Positions 20,945 through 31,899 of a DNA stretch of 64,000 bases are shown here, in pieces (within the stretch, counting starts at the first letter, position 1; each line of letters opens with the position of its first letter). The notes below the pieces were generated by a model. The model ran no database searches and was not told the DNA's origin. It saw only the letters and a list, made by a program, of their open reading frames with translations. Both the position numbers and the translations under genes were made by a program. The DNA is from Rebecca billardiae RCC1528. Lineage: Eukaryota > Protista > Haptophyta. The DNA lies in NCBI GenBank assembly GCA_965240325.2, contig OZ251245.1:620001-684000 (forward strand), in the 5' to 3' direction.

Positions 20945-22189
20945 ATGGCGAACGCGTCTGGTCCGCGCCCGGTGGCGGGCCCGGACGACGACGAGCCCAT
21001 CGGCGGCACGTACAGCGGGCCGACCAAGCAGGGCCTGCGCCATGGCCACGGCAGGTACGTCTACGGCAACGAGTTCTTCGCGTACGAGGGCGACTGGGTG
21101 CAGGGCATCAAGCATGGCAAGGGCAAGTTCATGCTTGGCGACGGCTCCGTGTACGAAGGCGACTTTGCCAACGGCGAGATCGACGGCTGGGGCACGCGCA
21201 CGTGGCCCTCGGGGGCGACGTACTCGGGCCACTTCACTCTCGGCGAGATGCACGGCAACGGCATCTACATCGGCCCCGACGGCGCGCAGTATGAGGGCGA
21301 TTTTCGAGAGAACAAGAAGCACGGCCGTGGCAGGGTCACCAGCGTCGACGGCTCGGTGTTCGAGGGGGAGTTCGTCGACAACCGGCAGTCCGGGCAGGGC
21401 ACGCTCACCATGCCGGACGGCTGGACCTACACCGGCGAGTGGCGCGCCGGCGAGCGCCACGGCCTCGGCCGTGTGCACTGGCCGGACGGCTCTCGGTACG
21501 AGGGCGGGTTTGCGGCCTCGGCGTTTGACGGCTATGGCGTCTTCGACACGGGCGAGTCGCTCGAGACGCGGCGGGTGTACGACGGCGAGTGGCAGGCGGG
21601 GAGGCCGGTGGAGCTCGAGGCCGCGCTCGTCTTCCAGGGCCAGCTCCAGATCGAGGGCGCGCCCGCCGCCGAGCTGCCCGACGACAACAAGTCGGCCGGC
21701 CGGCCGTCGTCGCGCAAGTCTGAGAAGCCAGACAAGCAGCGGCCGGCGACGCCTGGCGTCACCAAGTCCGGGACGATCGTCCTCGTGCCGGGGATGCCGG
21801 TGCCCGCGCTCGTCGTGCAGGTGGTCGACCGCGCGGGCAAGGCCATGGGTGGGCACTCGGGTCGCACCATCCGCGCCGCACTCCGCCGCTACGCCGTCCC
21901 CGAGAAGGCCAAGCCCGGGAAGAAGGGCGGCAAGGGCGGCGACAGCGCGGCCGGCGCGCCCGCGGCCGCGCCCGGGGTGCTGAGCGAGCTTGAGCTCGGC
22001 CGCGTGGTCACGGTGTCCGGACACGCGTTCTTCGACCAGCCGATCGTGCTTCCCGAGGACTACGAGGTGACCAGCATCGAGCGCGAGTGTGAGGTCGTCT
22101 TCACTGACGAGACGACGCCGGAGCACTCGTCACTGCTGCCGCCTGCGACACTGCCCGAGATGGTGAGCCCGGTCTCGGTCAACAAGTGA
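20945..22189 (+). CDS. MORN-repeat protein (MORN1/radial-spoke-like)
   Basis: About 8 YEGxWxxGxxHGxG repeats in the N-terminal half. Confidence 0.88.
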   Translation: MANASGPRPVAGPDDDEPIGGTYSGPTKQGLRHGHGRYVYGNEFFAYEGDWVQGIKHGKGKFMLGDGSVYEGDFANGEIDGWGTRTWPSGATYSGHFTLGEMHGNGIYIGPDGAQYEGDFRENKKHGRGRVTSVDGSVFEGEFVDNRQSGQGTLTMPDGWTYTGEWRAGERHGLGRVHWPDGSRYEGGFAASAFDGYGVFDTGESLETRRVYDGEWQAGRPVELEAALVFQGQLQIEGAPAAELPDDNKSAGRPSSRKSEKPDKQRPATPGVTKSGTIVLVPGMPVPALVVQVVDRAGKAMGGHSGRTIRAALRRYAVPEKAKPGKKGGKGGDSAAGAPAAAPGVLSELELGRVVTVSGHAFFDQPIVLPEDYEVTSIERECEVVFTDETTPEHSSLLPPATLPEMVSPVSVNK

Positions 22190-22469
22190 TTCGGCGGACC
22201 AGCAGCTCAACTCATGATCATCAGCCTCGACTGCTATATATATATATAGTGCAGCGCCTTTAAAATAGCCTTAATATATAAATAACTACGGCGGCTGATG
22301 ACGCTCCGACTTATTATAATAAAATATTTATTATATATATAATCTGCAACATATAATTTATTATTATTATTACTGCGTCTGCGGTCATTAATGACCCGCC
22401 GCGCCCGTACTATACGCGGTATATAACAGTAACTACGGAGTACGGGGCGCCAGTAGCCGCGTAGTTGGG

Positions 22470-23230
22470 ATCGAATAAGGACCAAATACGCCTCAATAAA
22501 TAAGGCCCCAACTCGCCAGAATTCGCATAGCAGACCGTGTTCGCTGGTGTTGGCTGAGGGCTGCGTCGTGCGGCGTCGGCTCTGCGCCGAGCGGCCATGA
22601 CGCATTGCACACAGCCCCGATATCGGCGCCTCCCTCGCGAGTCAAGACGTAGCGCAGTGCAGGATCGAGCAACGCATTGACCGCTGCGGCGCAGGCCGCC
22701 GCACCTCGTGGCGCGCTCGCGAACGAGCTCTGAGCAGCCAGCTGTGGCAGTCCTCTGAGGAGCTGCAGCCAAGCACGAGCTCGTGCGCATGCCCGTGCCA
22801 GTACGAGCTGACGGCGCGGCCCGGGGCGCGAGCAGCTCGACGCCGACAAGCTCACGCGCACGCCCGCACCGCCGCGAGCTCAAGGCGCGGCCGCCGGCGC
22901 GAGCAGCTCGACGCGGACAGCGCGCAGCTTGCTCGAGTCGACGAGCAGCTTCTCGCACATCGGTGACTCTCAGTGCACGAAGGTGCACCCGGGGCGCGAG
23001 CGCGACAGGGTGCCGCGGCCAACCAGCGGGTGCGCCCGGATCAAGGCCGCCCAAGACGTCTCATCTCCTCGCCCGCTCCGCGGAACTCCATCGTGCGGGA
23101 GACCGGTCCGGGAGGCCAACAAAAAGTTCAGCACGATGGAGTCCTCAGTGTTCGACTGTGACGACGCGTTCAAACACGTCGAGGCGTGAGAAGACGTCGA
23201 TTACTTCGATGAGGACTACGTTACTTCGTC
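22470..23230. repeat. Dispersed repeat family B, copy 1
   Basis: Reverse-complement homology to 52358-53123, e.g. aaggaccaaatacgcctcaata, agtcaagacgtagc, gagcagctcgacgccgaca, cacgtcgaggcgtgagaagacgtcg. Confidence 0.85.
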
Positions 23231-23692
23231 CGCCGCCCCGGAGATCTTTCGATTGGTACCCTCATCGCCCTCTGGCTCCCAGGGGTTCGTCTGAATGCAC
23301 CCCCCCCCATAGGGTCACTGGACGTGGCCGCCTCGCGGGACTCCGCGTAAGACAGAAGACTCCGCGCGAGTCGGGCCGTGGGCGTGTGAGCCGTTGCCGC
23401 CAGGCCGCCACTCGCCAGCGGCCCGCTCATGAGCGGCGCACGGCCACGCTGATAATATCATATATATATATTATTCATAATCATCATATCATGTCTCATG
23501 ACATATGAATCATGATCATGATGCCGTGCGCCGCGTCGGCGTCGGCCGCGTGCGGCCGTGCGCGCTGCACTCCTCGCAGCCGCCAGCCGGGTACTGGCGT
23601 CGAGTCGGACCCGGCAGCTGCGACGCCGCAGGGCAGCATGAGCCGGCTGCAGACGGCAGCGACGAGTGCCGACGGCGGATTCGCTCAGCCAC

Positions 23693-24349
23693 CTACTGCG
23701 GGGCCGGCGTCCACCCCTGCGCCGCTTTCCGCACGTTGTCCACCGCCTTGTCCACAATCTGGTTGTCATCTGACTCATACACACACGCCACCTCGGGCTT
23801 TCCGTCGCTGCCGCGCAGGTCGCCGGTGAAGGCGAACGTGTTGAAGGCCATCTTGCAGTTCTTCATGTCGTCCTCCGAGATCAAGTCCTCCTTCTGCAGC
23901 ACGCGCCAGTTCGACATGCGCAGCACGCAGCCCGACTTGACCGAGGTGGGCGCCACGTACACCTTGAGCGGGTTGAGCGACATGAAGATGCGCTGGTCGA
24001 GGACCATCGCGCCGGCGCCGTAGCTCAGGCAGACGTCGGGGTTTTCGAGCTGCCTATCCAGGGCCTGCACGTTTGCAAGGCTCTTATCGTCGACCGTCGT
24101 CGAGAACTGCAGCGCGAGCGCGAGCGCAAAGCCGGCGGCAAACGCGAGCGACACCTGCTGCAGCGTGCTCAGCGGCTCATTCGGCGTCGGCGGGCGTGGG
24201 AGGAGCGGCGGTGGGCCCTCGAACAGCCGAGTTGTGGCGCGTGGGAGGACTGGGCGAGCACGCAGAGCCCCACGCGCGCCACCCGGCGCCGCTGTCCACC
24301 CAACAGCGCCGGACACGAGAAGGAACGCGCAGCCGGCCGTCGCCATCAT
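23693..24349 (-). CDS. Plastid-targeted DUF3172-family protein (cyanobacterial type)
   Basis: Signal + transit presequence (MMATAGCAFLLVSGAVG-W...), a TM helix, then NPDVCLSYGAGAMVLD..SLNPLKVYV..GCVLRMSNW..CKMAFNTFAFTGDL..CVYE, matching my recollection of DUF3172. Confidence 0.8.
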   Translation of the reverse strand: MMATAGCAFLLVSGAVGWTAAPGGARGALRARPVLPRATTRLFEGPPPLLPRPPTPNEPLSTLQQVSLAFAAGFALALALQFSTTVDDKSLANVQALDRQLENPDVCLSYGAGAMVLDQRIFMSLNPLKVYVAPTSVKSGCVLRMSNWRVLQKEDLISEDDMKNCKMAFNTFAFTGDLRGSDGKPEVACVYESDDNQIVDKAVDNVRKAAQGWTPAPQ

Positions 24350-24421
24350 GACAAAGGCCGCGGCTCGGCCGCTCTGAGCTCGTCTGTGTTTCATTCACTG
24401 TTTTGAGAACAGTACTACATG

Positions 24422-24630
24422 TACAGTTTACTAAGAATAAGAGACGCACACAGCTCAGGCAGGCGAGATTGACGCCCGCCAACTGTCACCGCCCATACTC
24501 TGTACCAACTAGTAAAGTGGTCTCGCGGTATACCACTACTGTTAATTAACTGTACGACTAAGAATAAGAGACGCACACAGCTCAGGCATCAGGCGAGATT
24601 GACGCCCGCCAACTTTCACCGCGCCCATGA
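24422..24630 (+). repeat. Short repeat family C, two tandem copies (third copy at 28182-28235)
   Basis: aataagagacgcacacagctcagg(c/t)aggcgagatt occurs at about 24436, 24563 and 28201. Two copies begin TACAGTTTACTAA. Confidence 0.8.
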
Positions 24631-24967
24631 AGCCGTCGCCGATGGTAGCGCCGTCGGAAGATTCACATATCTGCTGCAGATCGTTCCTTGTCACCGACAT
24701 CTGCCGCGCAGATCGGCTCGTAGTCGTGCTCCGGCTCGGCCGGAGCGCGGGAGCGCCGAGCGGGAGCGCGGCGAGCCGAGGAGGAAGGTGCGCGGCTCGC
24801 GAGCTGGTGCACCTGGGAGTGCCTCGCGGCTCGTCTGAGCCGAGCAGCCACAGAGAGCTTCGAGCGCCGCGCCGCAGGTCGCACGGTAGTCGCAATCTCG
24901 CGACGATGAGAGCGGTCGTGCGATGAGGGGCGGCTCCATCCGGCACGTCATCAACATGACTGCAGGA

Positions 24968-27851
24968 TCAGGCACTGCAATCGAGCTGCTCAGCGTCCAC
25001 CTCGGCAGCAACCGACCGCTCGCGCGCAGTGGTGCGATACTTCTTGGCGATGGTGATGACGATGGCGGCGGCAGCCACCACTGCGGCAAGGGCGAGGACG
25101 CCAGCACCCATGGTAGCGGTGGTGGGAATGCCAGCCGCCTCGCCAGCGAGGAGCACGCGGTGGGGCGAATCGCTGCTGGTGCTGAGCCAGCAGGCAACGC
25201 CAAACGCCATCTTCTTGACCTTCTTGACCAAGATGCGCGCTGACACGAACTGCGCGGAGGAGGTGCGGCACCCGTCGACGGCACCCGGCAGGCCATGCGC
25301 GTGGTCAGCAAGGGGCGTTGGGCGCGCGTGGGAGGGCGGCGCGCCGCAGGGCGTGGGGGCTGCTGGCCTCGCGCCTCTGTGGCGCGCGCGCGCTTGGTGA
25401 CCCGCGCGCTCACGTAGACGACGCGGCACAAGGTCGAGCAGATCTCAGGCGCCGCCGGCGCCGGCGACGGGGGGAGGGGCGGCGGGGAAGATGACGGTGG
25501 CGACGGTGGCAGGCTCGGCGGCGGGCTCGGCGGCGGGTGGGGCGGGCCGATGAGCCTGTCAAGCCCCACGTCGTGAGTGATGGTGTCGTCGCCGTCGTAG
25601 TAGATGATGTCGTAGAAGCCGTTGTCAGCGTTGATGGTGTCGGCCCCCGCGCCGCCCTTAATGATGCTGTTGGACTTGCCGGCGGTGATGACGTCGTCGC
25701 CGCCTTCGCCTGCACGCACCACACCGACAGGGTTCGAGCAGGCGGCTCGCAGCCGTGAGTCGCAGGGCACCCACACCGCGCACATGCTGGGGCTGGCGCA
25801 CGCGCATGGGGGCGCGGGCACGCGGCCAGCCGGCCCGTCCCTGGCAGCGCGCGCGCACCATAGAGGAAGTTCTTGGAATCGCTGTCGACATCGTCACCGC
25901 CGTAGATCGTGTCCGCACCGTCGCCGCCGTACAGCTTGTTGAAGACGTTCCCTGCGACTGGGACGTTCCAGGCTTGGCCGCCGTCACCACCGTGGAGCGT
26001 GTCGGCGCCGTCGCCACCTGCGGGCGCGCGACGGGCGAGCGAGCCACATCGTCGCGGGCGCCAGTCAGCGGCCCGCCGCATGCCCGGTAATTCCCGCGAG
26101 CGGCGCAGCCCGGATGGCCGAGCACGGCGAGCGGCGAGTGCCCGCGCGTGCAGCAGCCGCGCGATCTCCGGATGGCGCGCCGCTGCGAGTGGGGAGGCGT
26201 CGCGCGCACCTCTGGCGAGGTTGTACGTCTCGAGGGTGCCCACCTGGATGATAGGATCACCATCCGAGTCGTCGTAGACGCCGCCGCCATTCCCCGCGTA
26301 GATCGTGTCATCGCCGGCACCGCCCAAGAGCGTGTTGGTCGCCGAGCCACCGTAGGCGTTCTCCTCACCACCGAACGCGTAGCCTCCGCTGCCACCACGC
26401 AAGATGTCGTTGCCCAGCCCGCCGGACAGGTAGGCGGTGAGGTTCCCGCCCTGCCCGTCGCCGCCCTTGCCGGCGTCGCCGGCCGTAATCGTATCGTCGC
26501 CGTCGCCGCCGTCGATGGTCACGCTCACCGACCCGCCAACCCCGCCGTCGCCCCCTTCGCCAGCATCGCCGATGGTGATGGTGTCGGCACCCGCACCGCC
26601 CTCGATGTGCGCTTCGATGCTGCCGCCGTATCCGCCATCTTCGGCATAGCCGCCCTCGCCGACAGTGATGACGTCGTCGCCATCGTCGCCGGCCACGACC
26701 ACGCTCACCGACCCGCCCAACCCGCCATCCAAGTTACCCCAGCCCGCATTGCCGATGACGATCGTGTCGGCGCCGGCGCCGCCTTCGACGGTCGCCTCCA
26801 CCGAGCCGCCAGCAGTGTTCTGCCCGATCGCCCAGCCAGCGCGGTCAACGTTGATATCGTCGTTACCGGCCTCGCCGTAGATGCTTGCGTCGACAGAGCC
26901 GCCAATCCCCCCATTCTTCCAGCCATAGCCCGCGGTGCCGGTACTGATCGTGTCCTCGCCATTACCGCCGTAGATCTGCGTGAGCACCGAGCCGCCAGTC
27001 CCACCGTCAGCTCCTTGGCCGGCCGCGCCGCCGTAGAGCGTGTCGATGCCGTCGCCGCCTGTGCAGCGCATCCGTGCGGACGGGCCGCACCACGGCAGCG
27101 CGCGGCTCGCGCGCGCGTGTCAGCTGCGCCCCGGTCGCGCGCGTCATCGGCCCGCAACCGCCGAGCGGGGAGGGCTTGCCGCGCGTGGGCCGCACCGTTT
27201 ATGTTGTTCTCCACCGAGCCGCCCACGCTGCCCTTGCCCGTCCCCACGCCGGCGTCGCCTCCAGTGAGCGTGTCGGCGCCTCCGAGGCCGGTGAGGCTGT
27301 TGTCCGCGTCGTCGCCGGGGCCGCCGGTCGTGCCGTCGATGTCAGATTCCGCGTCCAAGCCCATGACCGTGTCGTCGCCGGCCGTGCCTGGAAATTCGTA
27401 TTCGGCGGTGCCGAGACGGCGTCGGTGTTCGGGCTGATCATGCCCCTGGGCTCCGAGCCGCACGCTGCGCGAGACGCACGGCGTCGTCGACGGGCGAGGT
27501 CAGTACTATAGTCAGTTATCAGGGCGGACGCCGACGTCGGGAGCGCACGGCGGCGGACGACACGTGATGCCGCGATGCGAGCACGTGCCCGCATGCCGAG
27601 CCAGTGCACGCGCGGCGCTTGATCGTACAGCACAGCCACGCGGCGCCTGCCAACGCGGTCCTCGCATATGGCGCAGGCGTGCGGCCGTGCGCACGAAGCG
27701 CGGTGGCGGGCGAGACACACCTGCGGGTCTTGGATGCGGCGGTGGTGTCGGTGGGGCGCGCGAGCATCACCGTGCGCTGCGAGACGAAGGTGGGGGCACT
27801 CAGCGCGCCGGCGACGGCCCAGCACGCGAGGATGGCGGTGGACGCGCTCAT
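24968..27851 (-). CDS. Type I membrane protein with RTX/hemolysin-type Ca-binding GGxGxD repeats and Pro-rich stalk (multi-exon)
   Basis: Signal peptide MSASTAILACWAVAGALS and an RRRLG site. More than 12 GGxGxDxL/I nonapeptides (GGNGEDTIS, GGAGADTIT, GGLGNDILR), a PPSPPP stalk, and a TM helix GAGVLALAAVVAAAAIVITIAKKYR. Several GC-rich introns. Confidence 0.8.
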
Positions 27852-28311
27852 CTCGCTCGTCGAGGGCTCGTGGGCACCCCGCCACTTTTCAGCGAGGGTG
27901 CCGCGCCGGTGGGTGCCAGTGGAGGCCTTTACAGACGGTTGATGAGCGACGAAGCGCGGTGTCTCAGACTAATTCTGTGATTCGGAAGACAGACTGATCT
28001 ATGAGCGGCACGACGAATCTTGAGACGAATACTTGGTAAAAAGTCAGAGTCAAAAAGACTTTTATTATTGGTGAATAGGCACCTTACTGAGTCATAACTC
28101 GTGGATGATGTCGGATGGATGATGATATACGCCAACTTGTCGACCGATCCGTTGGCACAGCGCGCCGTCCTAGTTCCCACCTACAGTTTACTAATTAAAT
28201 AATAAGAGACGCACACAGCTCAGGTAGGCGAGATTATATCGTTTATATTGAATCATAGAATGGGTGCGTTACAATCATCATCTGTCAGAATTATTGGTAC
28301 CGTTGCCCGTT

Positions 28312-28740
28312 GGTGGCGGGGATCGACCGTTATTGGTGGCACTCCAGCCCAAATTTGGGGCCGTCAGTCAGTTGGTGGCAGGCGGCCGCGCGTGCCGAAA
28401 CTTTCGCGCCGTCGCCGCGGGCGAGAAGGACGGCGAGCAGGCCGGCACGCTGCGTTGGACGTGCGCGGCTCGCGCGCACGCGCGAGTGCAGGCCGTGTGT
28501 CAGTGGGCGCAGACAGTCAGCACGGCAGTGCGCGCCATGTCGCGCGCCGTGCCGCCGCCGTGCATGGCGCTTGCACAGCGCCACCTGTCATCGCGCCGTC
28601 ACATGCGAAAGCAGGGCGGCGGCGCGGCGCGGTGGTGGCGCGCGCCGGGTTGCGCGCACCGCCCCGTGGCGGTGTACGTGGTGGCAACGTGCGTGGCCCG
28701 TGCGAGGCGCGCAGCCGCGCGCCCCGTGAACGCGCCGCAT
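28312..28740. repeat. Repeat family D, left arm (inverted partner at 33367-33804)
   Basis: About 430 bp of high identity to the reverse complement of 33367-33804, e.g. gtgccgaaactttcgcgcc...ggcgagaaggacggcgagcaggccggcacgctgcgttggacg. Confidence 0.88.
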
Positions 28741-28750
28741 TCATACATTT

Positions 28751-30786
28751 CACAGTGAACAAAAACGGCGGGATTATCGTTACCGTAACCCGTCCGACAC
28801 GAGCCGATTTTCGGGGAAATTCTCGCGCGGGCCGCACGAGCGCACAGAAGACGCTACGGTGGCCGCGCAGGCGCCTGACGAGTGCCCCGGGCATGGGACT
28901 GCAACATCCCACCCAGCCTCCCCATCCCTCCGCCCCTCTCTGCCTCGCCGGGTTGCACGCGGCTGGCCGGTCACGTAGCTCGTGGTGAGCCATTCGTGAG
29001 CGTGGAGCCCTGCTGCTCAGTGCGGCGATGCAGCGAGGCGAAGCGGCGCGTAAGATGGCGCATCTTACTCCGAATGCAGTCTGCTGCCAGCACAGCCGCC
29101 CTCGCCGGAGTGCCTGGTCGTCACCTCCGTTGTGTGCACCTGTCGCGCGCTGCTGTGAACAAGCGAAGTCTCAGGCCTCCCCGGAGCCATTCAAACACGC
29201 TCGTCCTCGACGAGGCGTGCGCGAGGCACCGCGCGAGCGCGGGAGCGGCCCTTCCTAGCATACTCCTGCACGGCCATCCACCTCGCCACAGCCTGCCATG
29301 TCACACTCCTCCCCGCACGCAGTGCTCGCATGCCGCGTGCAAGTCGGTCGACTGACCTGGTAGGAGGGTGCACAGAAATATTCGACTGCGAGGAGACGGC
29401 GGCGAGCCCACGCGCGCGGCGCCGTCCCGCGCTTCATTGGGCTGTTCTAGACCAGTCGCGCGCCCGCGGCACCGCGCCCGCCATCTCCGCGTTGCGTGCC
29501 AGTCCACGCCGCGCGCGTGGCTCTCGACGTGTGCGTCGAGGGCGTCGTGCGTCGGATTCGTACCCGCATGTATTCAACAAATACGACAAATCGCCGAGCT
29601 GAACGCACCTCGTCGCGCGATGGCATGGTCGCGCTGTGTGTTGTCGCTCGCCGCAGGAAATTCGGTACGCGACGAGAGCACGGCGCACGCGCACGGCGCG
29701 GCGTGGGAGGCGGGGCGGTGGTGTCCTCGAGCCATCCCGCCCGCGCCGCGGTGCGCCAGCCGCCACCTCGCCGCGCCGTGGCCCATGCCGCGTGGCAGGT
29801 GTCGACCAGATCGACCTTGCCGCCCAACAGAGGGCCGCACCGGAAATTCTGTATTTGTTGAATACAGACTTACCCACGTGCCCGCGATGCGGCGGCGCCC
29901 GTGGTGGCGGCGTGGCGCGGCGGCGGCGGCGCGGGCAGCCTGACGGGCCAGATAGGGCGCGCCAGGTCGGGGCGATCGTGATGGGATGGTTCCATACGCA
30001 TCAGTGCGTGCTCCGGTGCATCTCAAGAGCGCGCTGGGCGCCCTCTCTCGCGCCTATGCCCATCCCGCGGGGTCTGAGAAGCCTCCCGGTTTGGCCATTG
30101 TCGTGCCGTGCTCGGTCGTGGCTGCCCGGCGGGTCGGAGAGGTCGAGGCGAGCCGGGTCGTTCGCGACGGACGATGCCTATGGGTCATGGCGAGTGCCAG
30201 CACGCAGCTCGGGCGCGCGCCCGGCGCCTCCTCGCCGCGCTACATCCACACCAAGATCTGGCCCAAAAACAGGCTTCAAGAGCGAAACTCAGTCTGGGAG
30301 CTGCTCAGGCCGCTGTGTGCGGTTTGGCGGCGTACAAACTTGTGGAGCGGGTGCCCACATGGGTTGAGCACAATGCTATAGAGCGTTTTTCCGCGAAACA
30401 CCACTTCCTCGCCTCTCCGCGCGCGTGCCGTGCGGCTCCCGTGAACTCATCTTAACAGGTCACGTGTGGCCGCCCGTGGGGCGAGGGTGGGCGAGGAGGG
30501 GCGGGCGAGGGTGATGCCGCCCCGGGGAACCGCCTTGGCAAGCCGGCCGACGCCTCGCAGCCCCCCTCGCGGCACACATGCGCGCATGCCCGCCGCTCGG
30601 AGCGCGCCATCGATTCGAATGGGCGTGCCCACAACCGACCATGCTCAAACGGCTTCGGCCCGATCTTTCTCCACTGTGGCGGCGCGAAGTGCCGCGAACG
30701 CGGCATGAAAAAAATTCCCCCGCATCCCCACTGGGCGGAAGTGCGGACGGGTTACGGTAACGCCGAAAATCGATTTCTTTACTGTG
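28751..30786. mobile_element. Putative non-autonomous CAC-terminated (CACTA/Transib-like) element, ~2.0 kb
   Basis: Left end CACAGTGAACAAAAAC..CGTTACCGTAACCCGTCCG and right end CGGACGGGTTACGGTAACG..TTTCTTTACTGTG. TT on both flanks. No transposase seen. Confidence 0.65.
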
Positions 30787-30929
30787 TTGTATGGGACTGG
30801 CGGGTCTGGGCCGTCTGGGGCAAGGAGATGTAGACCAAAAATGCATGCATTCTCATTTGGTGCATCAGCTGGCTGGGCAGCACGTGAAGCCGGCCAGCTC
30901 GGACGTGACCGTGGCCGATAGGCTCTCTG

Positions 30930-31570
30930 CTGGCCGTCCCACACTCCCACACCTCTTTCAGCCCAGAGTGGAGCACAGGCCACAGCGCGATTTTCGGCGG
31001 AGCCTTGTGTGCTGTGCGACAGGGCATACCCTAATCCTATCAGCAGGTGGGCCGCAGGCAGGCTAGGTGCATCTGGTGCACTGTGGTGGCCATTCCCCGA
31101 CCACCACCTGCAGAGACGTGGCCTGCACACTGAAACAGCACTGCTCAGGCCAGGCTGTATGGTGCTAGGCTTGCTGCTAGCAGCAGTATCAGCAAATGCC
31201 ATCTTCCAGCTGCAGCGCCAGCCAGGGCCCAGCCATTAAGCCCACAGCCTGCTCAGGGGGTGGATTTCCATCCCTGCCCGTGCCATCGTGGTGGTCCAGC
31301 ACCCCCTCACAGCACCTGTCAGTGTCACTGTCAAGAGCCGGTTGTGCACCTGCACTCAATTTCTCTGATGACTGACTCAGCCCACACTCCCGCCCATGCA
31401 GCTCATACCGCCACCTGGTCTGTAAGGGCTAGATATGCGCAGCATAACAGACTCTATATATATATATATATATATATATAACTAGCATGCAGCAGCTAGT
31501 AGCGGGTGGCCGCCTCAAACTGTGACTGATGAGCTGCGGTATAGACAGTCAAGCACAAGGGTATAACCAT
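30930..31570. repeat. Dispersed repeat family A, copy 2
   Basis: Direct homology to 1-745; contains a (TA)n tract at about 31455-31480. Confidence 0.85.
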
Positions 31571-31899
31571 TCGCGGATGCAATGTTGAGGGCACTGTACT
31601 GGCATCAGACGATATGGCGATCGCCGCCAAAGGACCATATATATATCAAATCGATCCTTTGATCGCGCCAGCAGCGTGAGCATGTGGTCAAATAAAGTGG
31701 GCCTCTGACGTATATCACCATCCACCCATCCATCATCACTGATAAAGTGGGCAGCAACGCCAACAGCCTGATGATGATGAACCTGAACAGCAGCGACCCC
31801 TGGCCTAAGCGATTTGCTGCTGAACGGCCTGATGCAGTCATGCCAGCTGTACCTGCAGCTAGCAGCCATCAGCAGGTGCTGCAGGCTGCAGTTGTGGTG

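Noticed and set aside
28751-28767. CACAGTG followed by ACAAAAACG resembles a V(D)J recombination signal (heptamer + nonamer)
   Set aside because: The spacer is 1 nt rather than 12 or 23, the opposite end reads CACAGTA, and no RAG/Transib ORF is present. A-rich tracts after CAC are common in CMC-type ends.
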